Below are positions 47,033-56,359 of a stretch of DNA of 64,000 bases, one piece after another. The first letter of the stretch is position 1. Each line of letters starts with the position of its first letter. The translations under genes and the position numbers were made by a program. The stretch is from Balneolaceae bacterium (lineage in GTDB: Bacteria; Bacteroidota; Rhodothermia; Balneolales; Balneolaceae), in assembly GCA_965247355.1 (NCBI GenBank), contig OZ252011.1:3113397-3177396 (forward strand), in the 5' to 3' direction. The notes beneath the pieces were generated by a model. It made no database searches. It was not told the DNA's origin and was given only the letters and a program-made list of their open reading frames with translations.

Positions 47033-47851
47033 ATGCCATTTTCACTTAATAATCTTCCAAAAAGGTCGGAAAAACCCCGAAAAGAAGGGATAACACTTGT
47101 ACTTGATAAAGGTTACAGTGTCCGCCAAGTTGAAGACTTTTGCTCTGTATGTGCTGATTATACCGATGTTGTTAAATTGGGATGGGGGACTTCATATGTT
47201 ACTCCAAACCTGGAAGACAAAATCAAAGTATATACTGATGCCGGTATTCCGGTATATTTTGGAGGAACCCTCTTTGAAGCGTATTTGCTACGTGATCAAT
47301 TAGATGCGTATAGAAATCTGCTTGATAAGTACGAAATCAAATCATTGGAAGTATCCAATGGAACTATTTGGATTTCAGATGAGAAAAAGCAAAAGATTAT
47401 CAAAGAGCTTAGTAAAGATTACACCGTTTACTCTGAAGTTGGAAGTAAAAACCCAAATGAAATAATCCCACCTTATAAATGGGTCAATGTTATAAAGCAA
47501 GAGTTAGATGCCGGTGCTTCTAAAGTAATTTGCGAAGCACGTGAAAGTGGTACTGTTGGAGTTTTTAGACCGAACGGAGAAGTTCGTTCAGGGCTAATCG
47601 AAGAAATCACCGATCAAATTCCTGTAGAAAAACTCATTTTTGAAGCTCCGCAAAAAGAGCAACAGGTATGGTTTATAAGAAAATATGGTAGCAATGTTAA
47701 TCTAGGTAATATTCAACCGGAAGAAGTTATTCCATTAGAAACTTTACGTCTCGGTTTGAGAAGTGATACGTTGATGGATTTCTACTCACTGGATGAAGAC
47801 AATGAACTAGACCAAGTAATAAAAGAGAACAAAATCTCTAACGAAGAGTAA
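47033..47851 (+). CDS. comA: (2R)-phospho-3-sulfolactate synthase
   Basis: 272 aa. LPKRSEKPRKEGITLVLDKGYS..., VKLGWGTSYV, YFGGTLFE, LEVSNGTI and SEVGSK follow the ComA family pattern. Confidence 0.82.
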   Translation: MPFSLNNLPKRSEKPRKEGITLVLDKGYSVRQVEDFCSVCADYTDVVKLGWGTSYVTPNLEDKIKVYTDAGIPVYFGGTLFEAYLLRDQLDAYRNLLDKYEIKSLEVSNGTIWISDEKKQKIIKELSKDYTVYSEVGSKNPNEIIPPYKWVNVIKQELDAGASKVICEARESGTVGVFRPNGEVRSGLIEEITDQIPVEKLIFEAPQKEQQVWFIRKYGSNVNLGNIQPEEVIPLETLRLGLRSDTLMDFYSLDEDNELDQVIKENKISNEE

Positions 47852-47864
47852 GTAGAAAACATTT

Positions 47865-48662
47865 ATGAAAATATTATACGCAGCGGCTGAAATTTCCCCT
47901 TTTGCAAGAATGACCTACACAGCCGATTTGCTTCGGTTTTTGCCGGCATCATTACAAGATAAAGGTTTTGAAATACGGATTTTATTGCCCAAATATGGTA
48001 CCATTAATGACCGAAGAAACAGACTTCATGAAGTAATCCGCTTATCCGGAATAGAAGTTGAGGTGGGTGATACTAAAGAGAGTATGAAAATAAAGGTGGC
48101 TAGCATACCAAACGCTAAGCTTCAGGTTTATTTTCTTGATAATGACACCTATTTCAAGCGAAAAGGTCTTTTCAAAGACCCTAAAAACGATGAATTTTAT
48201 CCAGATAATGCTGAGCGACTCGCCTTCTACAATAAAGGGGTACTTGAAACAGTTATGAAGCTCGGTTGGGAGCCGGACATAATCCACTGCCATGATTGGC
48301 CTGCAGGATTAATCCCGCTTCTGGTTAAAACCAAATATAAGGACGAGAAGATCTTTCAGAATACACAAGTGATCTATAATCTTCATCATCCTGAAAACGA
48401 AGGAACTGCTGATACAGCAAAAATTTTAGAATTACTCGGTTTACCTGAAGATGTTGACATCAACAAGTTAACAGAAAACGGTAAAGTTGATTTATTGAAA
48501 CTCGGTTTGATGTTCAGCGATCATGTTGTAACCGGAAATTATCTAAAGGATGAATTCGATGAAGTATTCAAGGAACTGAATATTACTCCGAAGCAAATCC
48601 AAGGGTCTCCGGAAGATGTATCAAGCAAGTTTTCAGACTATTACAAAGTCATAGCCGAATAA
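47865..48662 (+). CDS. Half-size glycogen/starch synthase homologue (GT5 N-terminal domain only)
   Basis: 265 aa. MKILYAAAEISPFARMTYTADLLRFLPASLQDKGFEIRILLPKYG and IIHCHDWPAGLIP match the N-terminal Rossmann half of GlgA. There is no C-terminal GT1 domain before the stop at 48660-48662. Confidence 0.75.
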   Translation: MKILYAAAEISPFARMTYTADLLRFLPASLQDKGFEIRILLPKYGTINDRRNRLHEVIRLSGIEVEVGDTKESMKIKVASIPNAKLQVYFLDNDTYFKRKGLFKDPKNDEFYPDNAERLAFYNKGVLETVMKLGWEPDIIHCHDWPAGLIPLLVKTKYKDEKIFQNTQVIYNLHHPENEGTADTAKILELLGLPEDVDINKLTENGKVDLLKLGLMFSDHVVTGNYLKDEFDEVFKELNITPKQIQGSPEDVSSKFSDYYKVIAE

Positions 48663-48677
48663 AAAGAGAATTATTTA

Positions 48678-49883
48678 ATGCACATTAAGACTAAAGCTGC
48701 CAGATTCTGGCAGCTTGCTTTTTCTATAATCATACTAAGTACTTTTATTGGCTGTCAGGATCCTGGAACCCTGGGAGGGGGGTTTATAGATAAAACAGAT
48801 ATAGATGTTGATACTCTTCTGATAACAAACCTCAATGTAATAAATCAGGATGCCTATCTGGGTCGTCTAGGTCGTTCAGCTACTGGCAGATATGATGATG
48901 ATCTGTTTGGTAGTATTGAGTCAGTATCATTTTTTAAGCCTTCTATATTTCGTTCTGCAGATACGGTTGTTTTTGATGCAAATACTGTATTCAAATTACA
49001 ACTTTCGCTTCAGGAGGGGGAAATATATGGGGATACCACTCAGACTGGAAATTATTCTATCTATCGTGTAAGCTCACTTTGGAGGGGATCAGCCTTTCGT
49101 AACAGTATGTCAATCAATTATGATGAAGCGGAAGTAATTGGCCAATTTACAGATGCTGATATAGATACTAATGGAGTTGTTGAAGTAGAGCTTATTGGTT
49201 CATGGAAAGACGATTATATATCATTCTTCAACGAGCCGGATGATACCAGAGATAACCTTTATAAACAGAATGATTTTGGTCTGGCAGTAGTCCCTGATGC
49301 AGCAAATGGTAAAGTAATATATGCTAATTATTTGCTTTCAACTATTGAAGCACTTGCGGAGGATACAACATCTCATTTTATTCTTGATTGGGGTTATGAT
49401 TTAGAAAGGACAGGCATAACCACAGAACCAGAAAGACTTCGACTTCAAACTACTTTTAATAATATACTTAAACTCGATCTTTCTTCTTTTGCAGATGAGA
49501 TAAGTGACATTAATTTTGTACGTGCGGAATTAGTATTTAACAGAGATACTCTTCAGCTTCAGAGCACATTAGAACAAAATGAAGTCCGGTCTCCTTCTTT
49601 GGGATTAGGAATGTCGTTAGGCCCATTAGATGATGTTGCTTATGAGATTGCGTTTGGTACTATAGATTTATCGGCTGCAGCACGTGACGATGGAACTTAT
49701 AGATTTAACATTACCAATATTTTGAACAACTATCTTCACGGCGAATTTTCAATCGATGATCTGTACCTGTACTTAAGCGCTAATCAAGGAACATTAGCAT
49801 ATACTTCGCTATATAATGTTGGAACCGATCCGGAACTTGCACCAAGAGTGATCTTATACGGACTCGAATCAGGAGTGAGATGA
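48678..49883 (+). CDS. Lipoprotein, probably DUF4270 family
   Basis: 401 aa with lipobox LSTFIGCQDPG. The family guess rests mainly on my recollection that short glgA is paired with DUF4270 in Bacteroidota. It needs an HMM check. Confidence 0.45.
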   Translation: MHIKTKAARFWQLAFSIIILSTFIGCQDPGTLGGGFIDKTDIDVDTLLITNLNVINQDAYLGRLGRSATGRYDDDLFGSIESVSFFKPSIFRSADTVVFDANTVFKLQLSLQEGEIYGDTTQTGNYSIYRVSSLWRGSAFRNSMSINYDEAEVIGQFTDADIDTNGVVEVELIGSWKDDYISFFNEPDDTRDNLYKQNDFGLAVVPDAANGKVIYANYLLSTIEALAEDTTSHFILDWGYDLERTGITTEPERLRLQTTFNNILKLDLSSFADEISDINFVRAELVFNRDTLQLQSTLEQNEVRSPSLGLGMSLGPLDDVAYEIAFGTIDLSAAARDDGTYRFNITNILNNYLHGEFSIDDLYLYLSANQGTLAYTSLYNVGTDPELAPRVILYGLESGVR

Positions 49884-51187
49884 AAAAACGAAATTCACTA
49901 AAAATATTAGCAACTATATTCACTCTTGCATTAAGTCCCTATTTGGTGCAGGCTCAGGATTCTGATGAAGGTATTGGTGGTTCTCCATATTCGGTATTTG
50001 GCTTAGGAATGCCACAGGATATTACATCAGACAACTTTAAAGGGCAGGGAATTTTAGGTGTTTCCGGAATTACTCAGGAAATGACAAATTTATCAAACCC
50101 GGCATTGTGGAGCAGATCATATTTTACGCAAGCGTTTACAGGCTTAAATCTAAGCAAATTCAATCTGAAGACTAGTTCAGGAAGTGAAGAAACTTCCAAT
50201 TTCGGATCTGGATATTTGCATGCCTTATTCCCGATTTCTCCAGGCAAACTTGGGTTATCAGTCAGTCTTTATCCTGTTACCAGAACTAATTACAGGTTTG
50301 CAGATTCTGGAACATTTTTGTCTTCACCAACTGATACCGTTGCTTTTGCTAATGAAATCAGAAATAGTGGCGGTTTAAATAAGTTTGAGGTTGGCTTTGG
50401 TCTGAAATTAACCAAGCATATTTCGTTTGGTTATGCACCATCGGTAGCTTTTATGTCACTTCAAAATGATGAGTCAATTACCTTTAATTCAGGCGCATTT
50501 AACGCACAGAATCAAAGAGTAAATAATACCGGAGTAGCTTTTTCTCAGCGTTTTGGGTTATCAGCTTTATTCGAAAGTGTACTTCGGGAGACAGATAGAA
50601 TTGCACTCGGAGCAACTCTGACGCTACCCTATACAATTGGAACAAAATCCAGTTTTAAGGTAACGAAAACCATTCAGGGAATAGAAGAAGAAGTTGATTA
50701 TACATCATCTATTCCCGTTTCAGAAGGTAATGTTAATGTTCCACTTGGGGCTTCTTTTGGTTTAGGTTACGGACCTTCGCAATTCATAAATTTTGCAGTA
50801 GAAGGCATTTACCAGCAATGGAGCGACTACTCCAATGATTTGGCCCTTTCACAGCAATCAGTTTTAAAGGATAGATGGAAGGTTGGCTTTGGTGGACAGT
50901 TTCACCCATATAAAAATAATTCCGGAAGATTTTTTTCAAGATTTAAATATTCCGGTGGGCTATCTTATGACACCGGTCATTTGACTATTCAAGGGAATGA
51001 CATTAGTACTCTGTGGATTAATACGGGTTTGGGGATTTTATCAAGAAGATCGTCTTCTGTTGATATCAGCTTCCAGTATGGTTTCCGGGGAACAACAGAC
51101 AATAACTTAATACAAGAGCGGATTTGGACGTTAGGTCTTTCTGTGAATTTGACCGAGCTCATGTTTATCCGTCAAAAGCTTAGATAA
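49880..51187 (+). CDS. Outer-membrane beta-barrel protein (FadL/PorV-like, family uncertain)
   Basis: 435 aa with signal peptide ...LSPYLVQAQ. The GGSPYSVFGLGMP opening and alternating strands are present. The start overlaps the previous stop as ATGA. Confidence 0.55.
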   Translation: MKKRNSLKILATIFTLALSPYLVQAQDSDEGIGGSPYSVFGLGMPQDITSDNFKGQGILGVSGITQEMTNLSNPALWSRSYFTQAFTGLNLSKFNLKTSSGSEETSNFGSGYLHALFPISPGKLGLSVSLYPVTRTNYRFADSGTFLSSPTDTVAFANEIRNSGGLNKFEVGFGLKLTKHISFGYAPSVAFMSLQNDESITFNSGAFNAQNQRVNNTGVAFSQRFGLSALFESVLRETDRIALGATLTLPYTIGTKSSFKVTKTIQGIEEEVDYTSSIPVSEGNVNVPLGASFGLGYGPSQFINFAVEGIYQQWSDYSNDLALSQQSVLKDRWKVGFGGQFHPYKNNSGRFFSRFKYSGGLSYDTGHLTIQGNDISTLWINTGLGILSRRSSSVDISFQYGFRGTTDNNLIQERIWTLGLSVNLTELMFIRQKLR

Positions 51188-51253
51188 TTCTATAGTAATA
51201 AATTCTTGAACTACAGAGTTTATATAACGCATTAATTAACAAAATTAGAAGCA

Positions 51254-52591
51254 ATGAAACTATTAGCTACAATATTAGGGATTTTATTTGTGGGTTCATC
51301 TTTTGCATATGCTCAGGATGATTGTAACCCAAACCCACCTGATGGGATGCAGGAAATAGCCGCATTTTCCATTTTTCAAGGGAATTACAATAATGGCGAC
51401 TATCCATTCGCACTCCGTTACGGGCGCTGGATGACATGTAAAAAGCCAACTGAAATTGAAGGAATCCCAGCCGGACGATTCAACCTTTCTACTCAGTATT
51501 CAAAGTTCATTAATATATACACTAAGATTGGGTTAGAGAAGGAAGACCCGAGTGAAAAAGAAGCATACATAGATACTGCATTGGCACTTTTTGAAGAGAG
51601 TTTTGAACTTTTTGCAGAAACTCCAGAGGAAGAATTTGAACTGTATCAGAGAAGAGGACGCTACTTCCTTGAAAATTATAATGCCATAGATGACGGTCTA
51701 CAGAAAGCGTATCAGGATTTTGAAGCGATGTTTGAGCTCGACCCTGAGCGAACTACTACAACAGCTAATGGATATTATATCCGAGTAACAGTGGATAATA
51801 TGGTTCGCCAGAGTCGTAAAGATGAAGTGATTGCAATGATTGAAACAGCAACTCCTTTTGCCAGCCCTGAGATACAAACATTCTTTGATGAAACACTTGA
51901 AAAACTATTTGATGCCCCGGAAGAGCGTATTGAATTCTTTAGTGGTAAACTTGAAGATAACCCCGATGATATTGATGCATTGAGAAGTCTTGCAGATGCA
52001 CAGGAAGACTTGGATATGCAGGATGAGTTAATGGTTACTTTGAAGAAAATCCACGAATTAGATCCTACTTATGACAGTGCTCTTTCACTGGCAGATATTG
52101 AAAAAGGAAACGCTCAGTACACAGAAGCTGCAGAGCTTTATAAAGAAGCGCTTGAAAAAGCTCCAAATGATCAGGCAAAAAAAGAAATAAATATTGATTT
52201 ATCAGATGTGTACGCAAGTATGGGACAACTTCAAACAGCAAAGGGATACATTACTGCTGCATTGAGCATTGATTCCAATTATGGATTAGCTTATTTGAAG
52301 ATGGCTTCCATTTATGGACAAGCGGTGAGCTCTTGCTCAGATGGTCGTAAACTTGAGGCAAAAGATAAAGTAGTGTATTGGGTAGTGGTAGATTATCTGA
52401 ACAAAGCTAAGCGTGTAGATCCTTCTGTAACTAATACTGTGAACTCACAGCTTGCGACCTACGAAGCTGTGACTCCATCAACAGAAGATAAGTTCTTTAC
52501 ACTAAGCTATGAAGATGGACAAAGTGTAAAAGTAGATGGTTCCTTAATGAGTTGCTACAGCTGGATTAATGAAACCACTACGGTTCGATAG
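51254..52591 (+). CDS. TPR-repeat protein, secreted
   Basis: 445 aa with a signal peptide. It has TPR-like helices (NAQYTEAAELYKEALEKAPND, YASMGQLQTAKGYITAALSIDSNYGLAYLKMASIY). Confidence 0.6.
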   Translation: MKLLATILGILFVGSSFAYAQDDCNPNPPDGMQEIAAFSIFQGNYNNGDYPFALRYGRWMTCKKPTEIEGIPAGRFNLSTQYSKFINIYTKIGLEKEDPSEKEAYIDTALALFEESFELFAETPEEEFELYQRRGRYFLENYNAIDDGLQKAYQDFEAMFELDPERTTTTANGYYIRVTVDNMVRQSRKDEVIAMIETATPFASPEIQTFFDETLEKLFDAPEERIEFFSGKLEDNPDDIDALRSLADAQEDLDMQDELMVTLKKIHELDPTYDSALSLADIEKGNAQYTEAAELYKEALEKAPNDQAKKEINIDLSDVYASMGQLQTAKGYITAALSIDSNYGLAYLKMASIYGQAVSSCSDGRKLEAKDKVVYWVVVDYLNKAKRVDPSVTNTVNSQLATYEAVTPSTEDKFFTLSYEDGQSVKVDGSLMSCYSWINETTTVR

Positions 52592-52643
52592 TTTGCTATC
52601 AACCTAAACATTTGTATCTTTTCTCATCTTCTGATAAGATTTA

Positions 52644-52676
52644 GGTGCGGAGGAAAAACTCCGCACCACTTTTTTA
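52644..52676 (+). terminator. Rho-independent terminator after the TPR gene
   Basis: The stem is ggtgcggag (52644-52652) with ctccgcacc (52659-52667). The loop is gaaaaa. The sequence acttttttaa follows. Confidence 0.8.
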
Positions 52677-52748
52677 AGCTCTCCTTTTTTCATTCAAAAC
52701 ATTACTGGTTTCGAAACTTCCACTAAGGAGAAAACACAATTTATTTTA

Positions 52749-53978
52749 ATGGCACGGAAAAAGAATTACAAAAACCGTAACAAGAATCGTAATAACAAAA
52801 ACAGAAACCGCAATAATAAGAAAGGCGGCAATGTTTTTATTCCCAAGTTTTACTGGAATAATAATCAAGGGATAGCGGGTAAATACGCCGGAGTTCTGGA
52901 AATTAATACCAAAGGCTGGGGGTTCATCCGGAAACTGGATTATGAATTCAGTTATAATCCTCAGGATCCCTTTTTGAAACCTGAGGAAGTAAAGGCACTT
53001 GATTTAAGACAGGGCTTGATTCTGGAAGGGGAGTTCGAAGAAGACAATCAGGGAAATAAACACGTTCACTCCGTAGAGTTTGTAAATAGAAAACCGGTTG
53101 AATTCTGGACTAAATGTTCAAGGTTTGAACGCCAGACTCCTATTATGCCAGTTGAATGGATTAAGATGGGAGAGCATGCTGAAGATACAGAAATGCGTGT
53201 TATCGATTTGGTAGCTCCGATTGGTAAAGGGCAACGTGCATTGATTGTTGCGCCTCCAAGAACAGGTAAAACCGTGCTATTGAAACAAATTGCCAATGCG
53301 CTTTCTGCTCATCATGAAGACATACACCTGAGTGTATTATTAGTGGATGAACGACCGGAGGAAGTGACTGATTTTATCCGCTCTACTGATGCCGAGGTAT
53401 TTGCTTCATCAAACGATAAAAAGACACAAAGCCATATTCGAATCACAGAAATGGCTCTTGGATATGCAAAACGTAAAGCAGAGATGGGTGAAGATGCTGT
53501 GTTGCTTATTGATTCGATGACACGTCTTGGACGAGCTTACAACGCTGTACAGACTAATAGTGGCAGAACATTATCCGGTGGTTTAGATATTAGGGCGCTT
53601 GAAATTCCTAAAAAGATTTTTGGTTCAGCTCGTAAAATTGAAGGTGGTGGATCACTAACCATTATCGCTACCTGTTTGGTAGAGACTAACTCTAGAATGG
53701 ATGATTTGATTTTCGAAGAATTCAAAGGAACAGGAAATATGGAGTTGGTACTCGACCGTGAGCTAGCCAATGATCGTATTTATCCAGCGATTAACATCAC
53801 GGCATCCGGGACAAGAAACGAGGACAAGTTTATCACAGACTCACTTGAAGAACGTAACGTGGTCCGCCGGTATCTGTTGAAGAAATCTCCCAGAGAATCT
53901 ATGTTGGGATTACTGAAGGTGCTCAAAAACACCGACAGTAATCAGGAGTTACTGAACCAGATCGCTGCAATTGCCTGA
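52749..53978 (+). CDS. rho: Transcription termination factor Rho with a short N/R/K-rich N-terminal extension
   Basis: 409 aa with a CSD-like RNA-binding segment (GVLEINTKGWGFIR), Walker A IVAPPRTGKT, LLVDERPEEV, LLIDSMTRLGRAYN and PAINITASGTR. Confidence 0.93.
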   Translation: MARKKNYKNRNKNRNNKNRNRNNKKGGNVFIPKFYWNNNQGIAGKYAGVLEINTKGWGFIRKLDYEFSYNPQDPFLKPEEVKALDLRQGLILEGEFEEDNQGNKHVHSVEFVNRKPVEFWTKCSRFERQTPIMPVEWIKMGEHAEDTEMRVIDLVAPIGKGQRALIVAPPRTGKTVLLKQIANALSAHHEDIHLSVLLVDERPEEVTDFIRSTDAEVFASSNDKKTQSHIRITEMALGYAKRKAEMGEDAVLLIDSMTRLGRAYNAVQTNSGRTLSGGLDIRALEIPKKIFGSARKIEGGGSLTIIATCLVETNSRMDDLIFEEFKGTGNMELVLDRELANDRIYPAINITASGTRNEDKFITDSLEERNVVRRYLLKKSPRESMLGLLKVLKNTDSNQELLNQIAAIA

Positions 53979-54299
53979 TTATGCTACAGGCATGCTTGGA
54001 TCGATCTCATTAGACCAGGCCGTAATTCCTCCTTTAAGGTTGTAAACATTCGTGAAGCCATTGCTTTCCATGATCCCGATTGCACGCCCGCTTCTTCCAC
54101 CTGAACGACACATCATTACAACTTCAGCATCTTTATCTGCTTCAATTTCATCAAGTCGGCTTGGTAATTCCCCTAAAGGAATATGTTGTCCATCAAGATT
54201 AGAGACTAGGTACTCTGTGTTTTCGCGGACATCAATTAAAAGGAATTCATCTCCACTTTCTTTCTTTTCTTTTAGTTCCTGAACAGTTATTTCTTTCAT
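53979..54299 (-). CDS. Rhodanese-like sulfurtransferase domain protein
   Basis: 106 aa with the active-site loop MCRSGGRSGRA. Confidence 0.85.
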   Translation of the reverse strand: MKEITVQELKEKKESGDEFLLIDVRENTEYLVSNLDGQHIPLGELPSRLDEIEADKDAEVVMMCRSGGRSGRAIGIMESNGFTNVYNLKGGITAWSNEIDPSMPVA

Positions 54300-54302
54300 T
54301 GT

Positions 54303-55061
54303 TTAATTGTTTTTGTATCGGTCTAGTTTAAAAGTCTGGCCAAGATATAGTTTTTTGGCCTTTTCATCATTTGCTAAGGTATCGGCATCACCTTCCATCA
54401 AAATTTTGCCTTCAAACATGAGGTAAGCCCGGTCGGTGATAGCCAATGTTTCATGAACATTATGATCAGTGATCAGAATTCCAATATTCTGATCCTTGAG
54501 TTTGGAAACAATTTCCTGGATGTCTTCAACGGCAATAGGATCTACTCCGGCAAAGGGCTCATCCAGAAGTATGAATTTTGGATTGGTGACCAGGGCTCGT
54601 GCGATTTCTGTTCTGCGACGCTCACCACCTGACAGGCTATACCCTTTGCTGTTAACTACTGTATGGAGCGAGAATTCTTCGATGAGGCGGTCACAGCGCT
54701 CTTTAATTTCCTGTTTGGTATAATCTAAAAATTGAAGCACCGACTCCAGGTTCTGCCTAACCGTTAGATTCCGAAATACACTGGCTTCCTGAGCCAGATA
54801 ACCGATACCTTTTCGGGCACGCTTATACATTGGTGTCTGGGTGATATTCTCTTCATTCAGAAAAATCTTTCCGGCGTTAGGAGTAACCAAACCTACCATC
54901 ATATAAAAGGTAGTGGTTTTGCCGGCTCCGTTAGGACCGAGCAGACCTACTATTTCACCCTGCTCAACATTAATGGACACTTCGTCCACTACGGTACGCT
55001 TACGGTAACGTTTTACCAGTCCCTGACTGTGAAGTTTTAAAGGTGAGGATTCGCTGCTCAT
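54303..55061 (-). CDS. lptB: LPS export ABC transporter ATP-binding protein
   Basis: 252 aa with Walker A GPNGAGKTT, the signature LSGGERRR, Walker B ILLDEPFAGVD and an LptB-like C-terminus. Confidence 0.88.
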   Translation of the reverse strand: MSSESSPLKLHSQGLVKRYRKRTVVDEVSINVEQGEIVGLLGPNGAGKTTTFYMMVGLVTPNAGKIFLNEENITQTPMYKRARKGIGYLAQEASVFRNLTVRQNLESVLQFLDYTKQEIKERCDRLIEEFSLHTVVNSKGYSLSGGERRRTEIARALVTNPKFILLDEPFAGVDPIAVEDIQEIVSKLKDQNIGILITDHNVHETLAITDRAYLMFEGKILMEGDADTLANDEKAKKLYLGQTFKLDRYKNN

Positions 55062-55080
55062 ACAGAGAAGGTACTAAATC

Positions 55081-55779
55081 CTACCCTATCGACAAGGAAT
55101 TTAGAATAGAATCAAAAATAGGTTTTCCGTCTTCGGATCCTAAGATTTGCTCCATAGCGCGTTCCGGGTGAGGCATCATACCCAAAACATTTCTTCCATC
55201 ATTGGTAATACCTGCAATGCTATCGATGGAGCCATTAAAATTGGCTTCCTCGGTTAGATTGCCAGAGGCATCGCAGTAACGGAAAAGAATCTGATCTTTA
55301 TCCTGTAGCGATTTGAGTCCAACATCACTTATGAAGTAATTTCCTTCTCCATGAGAAACGGGGATATTGAAAACCTGACCTTTTTCTAATCCTGAGGTAA
55401 AAAGAGAATTGTTAGTTTCACAGCGCATATTGATGCTCTTGCACACGAAACGAAGTTTGTGATTATGCATCATCGCTCCCGGAATCAATCCAGCCTCAAG
55501 CAAAATCTGAAATCCATTACAAATACCCATAACAGGACCACCTTTTTCGGCAAACTTTACCACTTCCTGCATAATGGGTGAGAATCGTGCGATAGCTCCT
55601 GAGCGAAGGTAATCACCATAAGAGAATCCTCCGGGTACAATCAAAAAATCGATGCCGGAAAGATCGGTATCTTTATGCCAGAGAAATTTCACTTCGCAGT
55701 TCATTACATGCTTCATTGCATGGTATGCGTCATGATCACAATTAGAGCCGGGGAATACGATTACGCCAAATGTTGCCAC
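55081..55779 (-). CDS. purQ: Phosphoribosylformylglycinamidine synthase, glutaminase subunit
   Basis: 232 aa. VIVFPGSNCDHD, the nucleophile motif GICNGFQ, and MPHPER are present. Confidence 0.92.
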   Translation of the reverse strand: MATFGVIVFPGSNCDHDAYHAMKHVMNCEVKFLWHKDTDLSGIDFLIVPGGFSYGDYLRSGAIARFSPIMQEVVKFAEKGGPVMGICNGFQILLEAGLIPGAMMHNHKLRFVCKSINMRCETNNSLFTSGLEKGQVFNIPVSHGEGNYFISDVGLKSLQDKDQILFRYCDASGNLTEEANFNGSIDSIAGITNDGRNVLGMMPHPERAMEQILGSEDGKPIFDSILNSLSIG

Positions 55780-55782
55780 GTT

Positions 55783-56112
55783 TTATCCTTTTATTTCGGT
55801 AACAAGTTGAATTTCTTTTAAAACGCTGTCAATTCGAAGACACTCTTCAAACTCACCTTCGTGAACCATTGCTTTTCCTTCGTTATGAACCTGCCAGGTA
55901 AGTTTCTCGGCATGAGAAAGAGAACATCCGGTCGCTTTCATCAGTTGCTCGATTACTTCATCAAAGGTATGAATGTCGTCATCATATAAGAAAAGGCGCC
56001 AGGGCGTTTTAACCTGCTCCTCAACTTCTGATTCGGTTTTGGTTTCCGTAGCTTCCTCAAGATCGGCCAACACCGTTTCGGTATAGTGCGTATCAAGAGT
56101 TTCGGATACCAT
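55783..56112 (-). CDS. clpS: ATP-dependent Clp protease adaptor ClpS
   Basis: 109 aa. TPWRLFLYDDDIHTFDEVIEQLMKATGCSLSHAEKLTWQVHNEGKAMV matches the ClpS core. Confidence 0.85.
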   Translation of the reverse strand: MVSETLDTHYTETVLADLEEATETKTESEVEEQVKTPWRLFLYDDDIHTFDEVIEQLMKATGCSLSHAEKLTWQVHNEGKAMVHEGEFEECLRIDSVLKEIQLVTEIKG

Positions 56113-56113
56113 T

Positions 56114-56359
56114 TTATTGATCGATTTCGATTTCGAAATCTTCCATTACTTCGTTGGCCAGTAATTTGGCGCAAGCAGTTTCAACAATTTCTTTTGCGGT
56201 AGATTCGGAATCGGCATTTACATCCAGTTCAATAAATTTACCAATTCGCACTTTCTCAACCTGATTGATCCCAAGGTTTTGAAGTGCATGATGAGCCGCT
56301 TTCCCTTTTGGATCAAGAATTGAAGGGCGCAGCGTTACATTTACTTTAGCTTTGTACAT
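56114..56359 (-). CDS. purS: Phosphoribosylformylglycinamidine synthase subunit PurS
   Basis: 81 aa. MYKAKVNVTLRPSILDPKGKAAHHALQNLG is the typical PurS opening. Confidence 0.88.
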   Translation of the reverse strand: MYKAKVNVTLRPSILDPKGKAAHHALQNLGINQVEKVRIGKFIELDVNADSESTAKEIVETACAKLLANEVMEDFEIEIDQ

